IMG/VR virus record: IMGVR_UViG_2974671799_000001
Coordinates: 96,001-160,000 of that record
DNA length: 64,000 bases
From: a virus
Lineage: Duplodnaviria > Caudoviricetes
Strand: one strand, 5' to 3'
The notes beneath the pieces were generated by a model. That model saw only the letters and a program-made list of their open reading frames with translations. It searched no databases and was not told the origin of the DNA. Shown piece by piece: positions 48,057 to 57,233 of the stretch. Both the position numbers and the translations under genes were made by a program. The stretch's first letter is position 1. Each line of letters opens with the position of its first letter.

Positions 48057-50867
48057 ATGAAAAATTTTCAAAGTTTTGTAGATAAGTTCGTTGGAGAATC
48101 ACAATTAGGTGAGAACTTATTACAATTAAAGCCTATGTCTTCAAAAGGGGCATTGTACAAAATTAATGCGCTTAAACACTTCAACGAATCTGTAATCGAC
48201 ATACATTACATTGTTAATGATTTAGTGGTAGAAGGTATGAAATTACAAAACACGGACAAAAGTGTTTTCCAATTCGCTGATAATTTAAGAAATATGATTG
48301 TTGAAAATGAGAATGCATTTAATATTGCATTTTTATTTGAATCAATTGAGAAGTCACCAAGAAAATCAGAGATTGATGAAAGAACTCAAAATATTATTGA
48401 GTCTATAATCTTAGAAGGTGAATTAAAAATCGGAGCATCTGTAATGACAGGTGAATTATCAAGAAGTAAATTCTATTATAATGATTTAAGAAACATCGAG
48501 CAAAGAATAATTGAGAGTAATGCATCTAAAATGAAAGATGTTGTTACTTCTGATTTCGAGATTTCGACACCAGTTTCTTACGTTTTTGAAACAGAGCAAG
48601 GAAAAATCGTTAGAGTTCAGAATGATGTATTTTTAGTAACAGAAAGTGAAATTATACCAACACAAGCACCATCACAAGAATTTGTTACAATTTCTGAGAA
48701 TGCTAAAAATTTAAAATATAACAAAGATGGTCAAACAGTTTTAGATACCGCTTTAGGAACATTAGTTTTAGAAGGTGAGTCTTTAAGTGTTATTGATAAA
48801 GAAGGTGTTATCAATGAGAGTTTAAATTCAAAAGAATCAATCTTAAATGAGTTTGCTTTCCAAGTAAACGAAATGGGATTGAATGAATCTGAGTTAACTA
48901 AATTGGATGCATTTGTTGTTATTTCTGAAAATAGCGAAAACTTTAAGAGTTTAGAAAACTTCAAAGTTTTAAAGAATTTCACAACTGGTGATATTGGTAT
49001 GATTGCAACTGTTGGTAAAAATGTATTTGGTTCTATTTTGGAATCACAAAGAGTTTTCAAAGGTTCTAAGAATTTCGAAAGTATTACAGAAGCTGTAAAC
49101 TTCATGAATGAGAAAATCGGAGTTGATGCAACGCCTATTTTTGAGGGGGAAATGAAGGATGAAAAAGAAAAAGAAGATACTAAAAATGCAAAGGTTGCTG
49201 AAATAGATGAAAGTATTGCTAAATTAGAAGCTACAAGAACTAAAGTAGAAGAAGCTATGAAAACCACTACAGAAGGTTCAGAAGCTCATACAAAGTATTT
49301 AGAAATGTCTTCACAAGTTAGTGAGGAAATGACTAAGTTAAAGAAGAAAAAGAATGAAGTTCTTAACTTCGAAGGTGAAGAGGAAGAAGATGAAGAAGAG
49401 CAAATGGAAGAGTCTAAATCAGTATCGAAAATGAAAGTAGATATGAAGTTGGTTAAACAAGCTTTAGACAACTTTAAAGGTTTACAAACTACTAAAGGTG
49501 ATTTATTTGATATTTCTTATTTCCCTGATTTCACGGATGATGTTGATAAAGGTTATATGACTGGTTTAATTGGTAAAGTTGACCCTAATAAAGTTGATTT
49601 GGGATATTCTAAGAAGGATAATTTCTTTAGAGTTGCTTTATTTGACTATAAATTCAAGTTAATAAAATCTATTGATGAGATTGATACTAAAGAATCTGAT
49701 GCTTTAAAGTTTATCGGTGAATCTGAGGAAGAGGAAGAGGAAGAGAAAACTACCTACATGAAGTGTAAGGAAGAGCGTGATAAAATGGTTGAAGAAGGTA
49801 TTAAGATGAATAACTTAGATTGGGGTAAATCAACTGAGGAAAGAAATAAAAATCTTGAAGCTTATGATAAGTTGAAAACTGATGAAGAAAGAGAAGCTTT
49901 CAAAAAGAAGTTAAAAGGTATCAACGAATCTAAAGGTGACCAAGAAGAGTACCAAAAATTCTTTAAGAAGATGTTAAAGAAATATGGTGTTGAAGAGCCT
50001 GACCAATTAAAAGATGAAGACAAAAAGAAATTCTATGAGGAAGTAGATAAAGGTTGGAAATCTGACAAAGAAGAGTGTGGTGTTGATGAGAGTAGAATGC
50101 AAGATAATCCATTTTATATAGAGTTAGAATCTTTAAAAGTTGGTACTATTGTTAAAGGTGGTGTTATAAAAAGCATGAAAGCTAAACTTAAAACATACAC
50201 AAAAGTTGGCGACAATAAATGGGAGCGCGAAGGTGATGGTAAAGTATTTGAAACATCTAATGTTTATGTTAGCATTGGTGGTACTAACGTAACCATCATA
50301 GGTAAAGATGATAAATCGGGAACTGCTAAAATAGATGATACGAAAATCACTTACATAAAAGAAGGTGAAGATGAAAAAGAAGGTGAAGAGGAAAAAAACC
50401 GTATCAAAAACGAACCTGTAAAAGAAGGTGAAGAATCACCTGCCGATAAAATCGATTCTGAGGAAGAGGAAGAGGAAAAAGATGAAGATGGTGGAAAGAA
50501 GGATAAAGGTGATGTTAAAGTAGAAGAGTCTAATAAAGGACAAAACGGTGTTATCAAATTTGCATTTGATGATGATGAAAATGTTTTTTATAGTGATGGT
50601 TATAAGACTAAAATTCAAGTTATGGATGGTTCTTTTGACTATAGAAAGAAAGCTTGGGTTGAACCTGATTTCGAATCGGATGATTGGGAATACTTAAAAA
50701 AGGACTATGCTAAACAATTAAACAAGCAAGTTAAAGGAAAAACTTTCGTTTATGATGATAGTATATTAGAGTCTGAATGTGATGAAAAAGAGGTTGAAGA
50801 GAGTTATAAAGCTATCTTAACCAAAGCTAAAAACATTAATGAGTCTATCGAAGCTCTTTTAAATTAA
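48057..50867 (+). CDS. Acidic ES-rich putative prohead core / internal head protein (936 aa)
   Basis: About two dozen xxES sites, poly-E linkers and an ATATATAAATA late box upstream; N-terminus MKNFQSFVDKFVGES. Confidence 0.65.
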   Translation: MKNFQSFVDKFVGESQLGENLLQLKPMSSKGALYKINALKHFNESVIDIHYIVNDLVVEGMKLQNTDKSVFQFADNLRNMIVENENAFNIAFLFESIEKSPRKSEIDERTQNIIESIILEGELKIGASVMTGELSRSKFYYNDLRNIEQRIIESNASKMKDVVTSDFEISTPVSYVFETEQGKIVRVQNDVFLVTESEIIPTQAPSQEFVTISENAKNLKYNKDGQTVLDTALGTLVLEGESLSVIDKEGVINESLNSKESILNEFAFQVNEMGLNESELTKLDAFVVISENSENFKSLENFKVLKNFTTGDIGMIATVGKNVFGSILESQRVFKGSKNFESITEAVNFMNEKIGVDATPIFEGEMKDEKEKEDTKNAKVAEIDESIAKLEATRTKVEEAMKTTTEGSEAHTKYLEMSSQVSEEMTKLKKKKNEVLNFEGEEEEDEEEQMEESKSVSKMKVDMKLVKQALDNFKGLQTTKGDLFDISYFPDFTDDVDKGYMTGLIGKVDPNKVDLGYSKKDNFFRVALFDYKFKLIKSIDEIDTKESDALKFIGESEEEEEEEKTTYMKCKEERDKMVEEGIKMNNLDWGKSTEERNKNLEAYDKLKTDEEREAFKKKLKGINESKGDQEEYQKFFKKMLKKYGVEEPDQLKDEDKKKFYEEVDKGWKSDKEECGVDESRMQDNPFYIELESLKVGTIVKGGVIKSMKAKLKTYTKVGDNKWEREGDGKVFETSNVYVSIGGTNVTIIGKDDKSGTAKIDDTKITYIKEGEDEKEGEEEKNRIKNEPVKEGEESPADKIDSEEEEEEKDEDGGKKDKGDVKVEESNKGQNGVIKFAFDDDENVFYSDGYKTKIQVMDGSFDYRKKAWVEPDFESDDWEYLKKDYAKQLNKQVKGKTFVYDDSILESECDEKEVEESYKAILTKAKNINESIEALLN

Positions 50868-50876
50868 TAACAAATC

Positions 50877-50905
50877 AAAAGGGTGTTTTTATAACACCCT
50901 TTTTT
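50877..50905 (+). terminator. Terminator
   Basis: AAAAGGGTGTT / AACACCCTTTTT. Confidence 0.8.
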
Positions 50906-50922
50906 AATAACATATACAAAGA

Positions 50923-52308
50923 ATGAAAGTAACAGTTTATAAAGGTGGTGAATTACATAAAGTTAATGAATCTATCGAAAATGTTGAATTATTACAACAA
51001 AAATTGGTAAAAGAAGGTTGGACTCAAAATGAAAATGAGTTTACTTTAGGTGAAAATAAAATGGTTTTTGAATCAGTTGATGAAAAAGCACCGAAGTATG
51101 ACATGAAAGAAGTTCAGTCAAAATTTGGTAAGAAATTAACTACTCTTTTAGGTGATGTTTCTTATCAAGTTGGTCAAAAGAAACCAAGTACTACGGAATT
51201 ATATAGTACTAAGATTATTAACTCTTTTAAGGAGAAAAGAAATTCTAAAAATAATCCAAGGATTAAAAAAGAATATACAAAGTTCATTGAGTATTTAATG
51301 GATTTACACGAAGAGTGGTTTGGAACTTATTTAGGTGTTAGAAAGAATGTTTCAGAGGGATTAGATGTTAATAGTTTAGAAGCGGGTACAACATTGATTT
51401 ACGAGAATGAAGGTATTACTACTTATTTCCATATTAAAGAATTAGGTAATTTAAGGGCTGTTGGGAACATTTTAAATGAAAATGGTATGACAGTACTTAA
51501 AAATGTTGAAGTTCCATATACGATACTTGAAAAGTATTCTGAGAAGTATAGTTTAACAGAAAGTTTAGACTCTAAGTATTCAGATACTCTTTTACCAAAA
51601 ATTAAAGTAGGTAATAAAATCTCATTAGGTGGTGGTGGTGACAATAAAATGAAGGTTACTAACATCAACACTATGAAAAAGCGTTTAGAGGGTGAGTTTA
51701 TTGATAGTAATGATAAGGTTCGTTCTAATATCACAATTCCATTTTCATATTTCGCTAATCCACATTATAACAAAAACTATAAAATTGTTGAGAGTGAAGA
51801 TTTTGTTGATGTTTATTTTGTAAAGGAAAATAACACATTAAAAGTTGGTGAAGAGGTTTTTGAATTTGATACAATGGGTTCTATTAATGTTAGAGGTGTT
51901 GAAATGCAATTAACTGAAAATGTTGAAGACCTTTTAGAGTGTATGAATGATGTTTTTGCTGAAAGTTTCCGTTTTGGAAATGTTGAGTCTATGGATGATA
52001 TGAAATTATATTCTCGTGGATTAAATCATGGATTAAGACGTGATAGAGAAAGTATTAGAATAATTGAAGATAATAAGAATGCAACATCTTTTTTAGCTGA
52101 GTGGTTGGTTTTAGATACAAGGGATGAGGTTTTACAATTCCCGAAGATTTTACCACACTTAAAGGTAATTGAAGGTATGTTAACAAAAGCAAATGATAAA
52201 ACAAGTTTAGGTAAGATGAAAGTTCTTTTAGAAGAGGTTTTCTTACAACCTATTGATGAACAGGACTTTATGAATGTTGTTGATAAATATTCAAACTTGA
52301 ATTTATAA
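50923..52308 (+). CDS. ES-rich hypothetical protein, putative internal head protein
   Basis: VNES, VFES, LTES, IVES, FAES and NVES sites delimit short segments. Confidence 0.6.
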   Translation: MKVTVYKGGELHKVNESIENVELLQQKLVKEGWTQNENEFTLGENKMVFESVDEKAPKYDMKEVQSKFGKKLTTLLGDVSYQVGQKKPSTTELYSTKIINSFKEKRNSKNNPRIKKEYTKFIEYLMDLHEEWFGTYLGVRKNVSEGLDVNSLEAGTTLIYENEGITTYFHIKELGNLRAVGNILNENGMTVLKNVEVPYTILEKYSEKYSLTESLDSKYSDTLLPKIKVGNKISLGGGGDNKMKVTNINTMKKRLEGEFIDSNDKVRSNITIPFSYFANPHYNKNYKIVESEDFVDVYFVKENNTLKVGEEVFEFDTMGSINVRGVEMQLTENVEDLLECMNDVFAESFRFGNVESMDDMKLYSRGLNHGLRRDRESIRIIEDNKNATSFLAEWLVLDTRDEVLQFPKILPHLKVIEGMLTKANDKTSLGKMKVLLEEVFLQPIDEQDFMNVVDKYSNLNL

Positions 52309-52316
52309 AAGTGTAG

Positions 52317-52344
52317 AAAAAGACGGTTTTAAGCCGTCTTTTTT
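52317..52344 (+). terminator. Terminator
   Basis: AAAAAGACGG / CCGTCTTTTTT. Confidence 0.8.
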
Positions 52345-52362
52345 ATGATTTATTTTAAAATG

Positions 52363-52375
52363 AATTGTTATATTA
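52363..52375 (+). promoter_or_regulatory. 13-bp upstream motif AATTGTTATATTA (copy 3)
   Basis: 26 nt upstream of the gp55-like start. Confidence 0.65.
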
Positions 52376-52401
52376 TAGTAACAAATAAATAAATAATTAC
52401 A

Positions 52402-52761
52402 ATGACTAAAAAACAACCAGTTCCAAAGGATGAATTTAATGAAGAGATTCTTAAATCTAAAGCACAAGGTAGATTAACAGAACGAGCAGGACAACTTATT
52501 TTCAAGTTAGTTTCATATTATCAAGATACAAATGAATCAATGAAATATGATAGTGAAGATATAAAGCAGGATGTTAGAAGTGTTGCATTAACAATTATTT
52601 GTGAAAAGTGGTATAAATTCAATGAAAAAGAGTATAATAATGCATTTTCTTATTTTACTACAATGGCTAGAAATGGTCTTATGGAAGGTATGAATCGTCA
52701 TACTAGAAATAAAAATAATTCGGTACTGCGTTATGATACTGTATTCGATGAATCTGTTTAG
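52402..52761 (+). CDS. gp55: Late-transcription sigma factor (T4 gp55-like)
   Basis: DIKQDV...WYKFNEKEYNNAFSYFTTMARN matches the gp55 region-2 signature (N.F.YFT). Confidence 0.8.
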   Translation: MTKKQPVPKDEFNEEILKSKAQGRLTERAGQLIFKLVSYYQDTNESMKYDSEDIKQDVRSVALTIICEKWYKFNEKEYNNAFSYFTTMARNGLMEGMNRHTRNKNNSVLRYDTVFDESV

Positions 52762-52807
52762 AAGAGGTATTTAATTTCTTATATTTATATTTAGTTTTGT
52801 TATATTT

Positions 52808-52839
52808 TGGTAACTGCATTCGTGCGGTTACCATTTTTT
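52808..52839 (+). terminator. Terminator
   Basis: TGGTAACTGCA-TTCG-TGCGGTTACCA-TTTTTT. Confidence 0.85.
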
Positions 52840-52874
52840 GTTTGAAGGATATATAAAGTAAAACAATATCATAA

Positions 52875-53450
52875 ATGAAGACAATTTTAGAATATTTCGA
52901 CCCAATTTTGACAGATATGGTTTTTGAGTCAGCTAAACATAAATTAACATCATCTGATTTGATGAATGTTATATTACAAGATTATATAGAACACGTATTT
53001 TCTTTATATGGTTTATCACCTAGTGTTAGGGTAATGGTTACTCGTTTAAAGAATGGTTATAGAGGTTATGTTGATATGGCAAAGGTTACGGAATCTGATA
53101 AAACAAAGTTATTGATAAAGGTTAATAAGGATTTGGGAATAAATGCTTTGATGAAAATTATTGCACACGAGGCTACACACGCGAGACAGATACAAAATAA
53201 TCAACTTTGGTACACCGAAGAAGGTATAATGTGGAAGGGTGAGCAGTATATAAGTATGGGTGATTTTCAGAAGATTAACCGTACTATGGCAAAGAATAAA
53301 AAAGCGTTAGAAACGTATTTAAATTTTCCGTGGGAGATTGAGGCAACAGGTAATGAGAAAAATGTTGTTAATGATTATATGGAAAGTCAAAGATTTAAGG
53401 ATTTAAAAAATAACAACCCTGATAACTGGGTTTTAGATAATTTATATTAA
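52875..53450 (+). CDS. Zincin-like metallopeptidase
   Basis: IIAHEATHARQ (HExxH) and downstream YLNFPWEIEA; late box ATATATAAA upstream. Confidence 0.75.
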   Translation: MKTILEYFDPILTDMVFESAKHKLTSSDLMNVILQDYIEHVFSLYGLSPSVRVMVTRLKNGYRGYVDMAKVTESDKTKLLIKVNKDLGINALMKIIAHEATHARQIQNNQLWYTEEGIMWKGEQYISMGDFQKINRTMAKNKKALETYLNFPWEIEATGNEKNVVNDYMESQRFKDLKNNNPDNWVLDNLY

Positions 53451-53451
53451 T

Positions 53452-54045
53452 ATGATTAATTCACCAGTATTTAGTACATTCAAGACACATTTCCCTGCTG
53501 ACTTTTTCAAGTCTTCTATAGTTGGTAAGTATAACGAATGGATGTCTATATATAAAGGTAATATCGAGACGATACAAGACCTTTTAAATTTTTCGATTCA
53601 ATCGATTAAGTTTCCTGATTTGGGTAATGAGCCTATTTTACAACAAATACCAGTACAAGGTGGTGTTATTGATGTTAATACAAAACAAGTAAAACCTAGA
53701 GAATCGTTAATTGATGATAAAACATTCACCATCACATTCAAGCATATAGATGGGTTTAAGAATTATTTTCTTTTATATGAACATTATTTCCAATATGCTG
53801 AAAATAAAAACGGTGATAAACCTGATTACAGTAATATACCCGATATGAATATTGAGATTTATGATATACGCCAAAATCTATTATTTGTATTTAATTTACA
53901 GGGTGTTCAATTTACAGGTATGGATGGTTTGGATTTAACCAAATCAAGTTTAAATGCTGAATTTGATACATTCACTTGTACATTTGCGTTTAATTCATTT
54001 AGAGTATTATTTAACACACCTGAAAAAGCGGATTATCATGATTAG
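53452..54045 (+). CDS. Tail-tube-fold protein (gp3/gp19 family, tail completion)
   Basis: IQSIKFP, FTITF...NY, MNIEIYD and FTCTFAFNSF tube-fold pattern. Confidence 0.65.
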   Translation: MINSPVFSTFKTHFPADFFKSSIVGKYNEWMSIYKGNIETIQDLLNFSIQSIKFPDLGNEPILQQIPVQGGVIDVNTKQVKPRESLIDDKTFTITFKHIDGFKNYFLLYEHYFQYAENKNGDKPDYSNIPDMNIEIYDIRQNLLFVFNLQGVQFTGMDGLDLTKSSLNAEFDTFTCTFAFNSFRVLFNTPEKADYHD

Positions 54046-54511
54046 TTTAACACTTTTACAAGAGAAGAAAATAAAAGATTTTTTCGATGATTCTGAATAC
54101 ACAGGAAATAATTTATATCCTAAATTAGATTTAACTTCTAATCGTTGGGAAATAGATTATGATTCTATAGTTATTGATGCAAATATTGAAGTCGATACTG
54201 TTATCGAAATGAGATTGGATAAATTAGCTAGACATATTCTAGGTAGTGAAGATTTTGTTGATGTTATTGTTAAATTTAATAGGATTTTGGATGTTTTTGC
54301 TGTAAAGAAAGGTGATGTTATACGAGTTCCGAACTTGGCTAGTTTCTTCACTAATGTTAGAAAGGCTAATTATAAATCAAAAAACATAAAAAGAGACGTT
54401 TTAATTAATAAAAAAGGTAGTTCGGGTGGTAATAATTCAATAGCAACTAAAGTTGTTGGAAAAGACCTTAAAACATATAAAAAAGGTAAGAATGGTGTAA
54501 TTATATTTTAA
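54038..54511 (+). CDS. Baseplate wedge LysM-like protein (gp53-like)
   Basis: MRLDKLARHILGSEDFVDVIVKFN.I.D...GDVIRVP; start moved to ATG 54038 overlapping the upstream stop. Confidence 0.7.
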   Translation: MISLTLLQEKKIKDFFDDSEYTGNNLYPKLDLTSNRWEIDYDSIVIDANIEVDTVIEMRLDKLARHILGSEDFVDVIVKFNRILDVFAVKKGDVIRVPNLASFFTNVRKANYKSKNIKRDVLINKKGSSGGNNSIATKVVGKDLKTYKKGKNGVIIF

Positions 54512-54514
54512 GAT

Positions 54515-55825
54515 ATGAGACAAGAATTTGAAACTAAAATAATTCCACAAGATATTGTTGTTAGACAATCAAATGAGGAAGACCAAAATATTGAAGAGAA
54601 TGCAGGCTTATGGTTTCCATTAATTCGAGTTAAAGATACTGTTTTTAACCAAGATAAAATATTATCTTTTAAATATACTGTTGGTTCTGAGCTACTACCT
54701 TCTGTTAGAGTTACTATCGATGATTATGATAAAGCATTTTTAGAAGAACAGTTTCCTATGGTTGATGATAAGATTACTATTCGTATTTCTAACAACATAG
54801 ATACTGTGCATAAGCCTATAAAATTGGATTTTATAATTACTGATATTTCGGGTTCTGCTAATAGTAAATCAACAACAATTACAGCTATTCAAGATGTTCC
54901 TAAATTACACATTTATAAGAATACAGGTTGGAATGATTCTTTATATAATATTTTAAAGAAAATAGCAACCGAATGTGATTTAGGTTTTGTGACAAATATA
55001 CAACAATCTAATGATTCAGCAAATTATATTTGTCATAATGATTATTATTCATTTTTAAAGTATTCTGAAAATAGAATTGATGTTGGTCAAGATGATTCAT
55101 GTAAGATTTTCATTGATGCATTCAATAATTTGAATTTAGTTTCATATAAGAATGCTTACAGTAATCGTGAAATTACTAGACTTCAAACCAACCCAGTTAC
55201 TGGACTGGCGTATGATGATAATATTGATTTAAAGTTATCAAATAAGACATATAATGATGAAACTGATATTCATGCTCAAATAAATAATTGGACTCCTATT
55301 TCTAATTATGGAAAAGCATTTTTAAAGACTAAGAATATTGTTAATTATAGACAGCGTTCTACAGAAAAACATTTACAAAACACATTTAATGAATTTGGTA
55401 TTCAAAACATAAATTCAATTGATAATTCAATAGATAATGTTTTCAGTAATTTTGTTCATGAAGATTCTACATATTCAAATATTTTAACGAATAGAAAGAA
55501 TAACGATAGATTAATACAGATTTATAAACAAGGTACTTATACTCGTATGGTTATGGATTATTTCATACCTGATTTGTACCCATTTGTTTATGTACCTGTT
55601 GAACTTTATAATAACGGTCGTTTGAGTAAGTTGAACTCACAAGATTCAAATGTTGATTTGGATGAATTAAGTGAGCAAGAAAGTGAATATCCGTCAAATG
55701 GATTGTCATTAAACAATGAATTTACTGGGGATTATATCGTTACAGAAATAAAGTATTCGTATTTAAGAAGTGGAAGAAGTGATTCAAACCAAGTTAAAAA
55801 TGAATTACTTGCAATAAAAGTTTAA
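54515..55825 (+). CDS. Baseplate hub protein (gp27-like)
   Basis: LPSVRVTIDD, ILKKIATECDLG, FIDAFNNLNL and FTGDYIVTEIKY resemble the gp27/gpD hub; follows the gp53-like gene. Confidence 0.6.
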   Translation: MRQEFETKIIPQDIVVRQSNEEDQNIEENAGLWFPLIRVKDTVFNQDKILSFKYTVGSELLPSVRVTIDDYDKAFLEEQFPMVDDKITIRISNNIDTVHKPIKLDFIITDISGSANSKSTTITAIQDVPKLHIYKNTGWNDSLYNILKKIATECDLGFVTNIQQSNDSANYICHNDYYSFLKYSENRIDVGQDDSCKIFIDAFNNLNLVSYKNAYSNREITRLQTNPVTGLAYDDNIDLKLSNKTYNDETDIHAQINNWTPISNYGKAFLKTKNIVNYRQRSTEKHLQNTFNEFGIQNINSIDNSIDNVFSNFVHEDSTYSNILTNRKNNDRLIQIYKQGTYTRMVMDYFIPDLYPFVYVPVELYNNGRLSKLNSQDSNVDLDELSEQESEYPSNGLSLNNEFTGDYIVTEIKYSYLRSGRSDSNQVKNELLAIKV

Positions 55826-55828
55826 AGT

Positions 55829-56323
55829 ATGACATTAGTTGAATTAGTTGAAAGTATTGATTTAGACGAAAGAAGAAGTAAAAAATCTATTAAAGATTTA
55901 AAACCAAACCCTAAGAGTAAATTTAAGAGTGGTTATTTTCCTTTAAAAGATTGTAAGAAATATTTACAGGTTGATGATGAGCCATGTATTTACCGTTCAT
56001 CTTTAGAATTTAAGGTTTTTTATTGGTGTGAGCAATCACCATATATTAAGAATTGGGTTTCTGAACCTTTTTCTATACCTTATTTATTTGTAAATGAGAG
56101 GGGTGAGACTAGAAGAAGAAATTATAACATTGATTGTGTTATAGAGTTTACTGATGGTAGATTATGGTTTGTTGAGATAAAACCACATAGTTTAACCAAA
56201 CCAAATTCATTTGGATTTGAATTGAATAAAGCAAAATGGAATTATGCTATTAAGTGGTGTAATGAGCAACCATTTGATATTGAATTTAAAATAATTACAG
56301 AAAAATTTAATTTTTACATATAA
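55829..56323 (+). CDS. gp4: Head completion nuclease (T4 gp4-like, TnsA-type PD-(D/E)xK)
   Basis: KY....IYRSSLE, WVSEPFSIPY, YNID, VEIKP, NKAKW..A and FKIITE. Confidence 0.8.
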   Translation: MTLVELVESIDLDERRSKKSIKDLKPNPKSKFKSGYFPLKDCKKYLQVDDEPCIYRSSLEFKVFYWCEQSPYIKNWVSEPFSIPYLFVNERGETRRRNYNIDCVIEFTDGRLWFVEIKPHSLTKPNSFGFELNKAKWNYAIKWCNEQPFDIEFKIITEKFNFYI

Positions 56324-57105
56324 TGAAGTTATTACCCGAAGATTTCAGATTTATTGAAATCATACAACAAGAAATATCGGAACATTGTGCTGTTCCATTG
56401 GTTATTTCACCTGAAAGAATAAAGACAATCATTAAAGATTGTGCTGAATGGTTTTATGAATGGCATCCAAACGCTGTTCAAAGAAATCATTATTTAATAA
56501 AATATGATGATATATTAAAGGCGCGTGAAGGCAAATTTGCATCTACTATAAAAGTTCCCGAAGCTATAAAGTTTGTATTTAGGGTTCGTAAGGCTGATGG
56601 TGGCTTCTCTAAAACTACCGAAGCAAGGTATTTAAGAAATCCTTTATATGCAATGAATCGTTTTATGGGTTCTATGCATACTCGCGGTATGTCTTTAAAT
56701 GGTGGTGTTCAAGGACGTAATTTTGATATGGTTCAACAAGTTATATCATTATATGAGTTCCAAACACTACATTCTATAAGTTCGGCTAATAGAGGTGTTG
56801 CGCATGATTTTTCTGAATTTAGTAATGAGATTACATTTTTATCAAATGTTACTGGTGACATCATGTTGGAATGTGGTGTTAGAGTTCCGATTACTGAATT
56901 ATATTCTAATCATCATTTTAAGATGTATGTAAAGGGATTTGCTTTACAATCATTGTCTAGAATTTTGGGTACATTTGATTATAAATATATCGGTGATGTT
57001 GCTATAAATTTTGACGCTTTAAAGACAGATGGTGAGAAATTAGAGGAAAAGGTAGAGTCAGAAATAAAAGGGTTTAATTCTAGTAGTTTTATAATGACTA
57101 GGTAA
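56323..57105 (+). CDS. gp13: Neck protein (T4 gp13-like)
   Basis: IIKDCAEWFYEWHPNAV near the N-terminus and RILGTF..KYIGDVAINFDAL..DGE at the C-terminus, as in gp13. Confidence 0.7.
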   Translation: MKLLPEDFRFIEIIQQEISEHCAVPLVISPERIKTIIKDCAEWFYEWHPNAVQRNHYLIKYDDILKAREGKFASTIKVPEAIKFVFRVRKADGGFSKTTEARYLRNPLYAMNRFMGSMHTRGMSLNGGVQGRNFDMVQQVISLYEFQTLHSISSANRGVAHDFSEFSNEITFLSNVTGDIMLECGVRVPITELYSNHHFKMYVKGFALQSLSRILGTFDYKYIGDVAINFDALKTDGEKLEEKVESEIKGFNSSSFIMTR

Positions 57106-57142
57106 AATAATTATTATGAAAGGATTTGATGGACTATAAAAG

Positions 57143-57174
57143 AAAGGCTTGTGATTTAGAATCACAAGCCTTTT
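57143..57174 (+). terminator. Terminator
   Basis: AAAGGCTTGTGAT / ATCACAAGCCTTTT. Confidence 0.8.
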
Positions 57175-57233
57175 ATTTTTTGTCTTCAAACAATAAATAA
57201 ACTAAGAATGAAAAGTAAATAACAGAATATTTT

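Noticed and set aside
55829-56323. TnsA-like transposase / Tn7 element
   Set aside because: Motifs and position beside the gp13-like neck gene fit the T4 gp4 head-completion nuclease; no other tns genes or transposon ends
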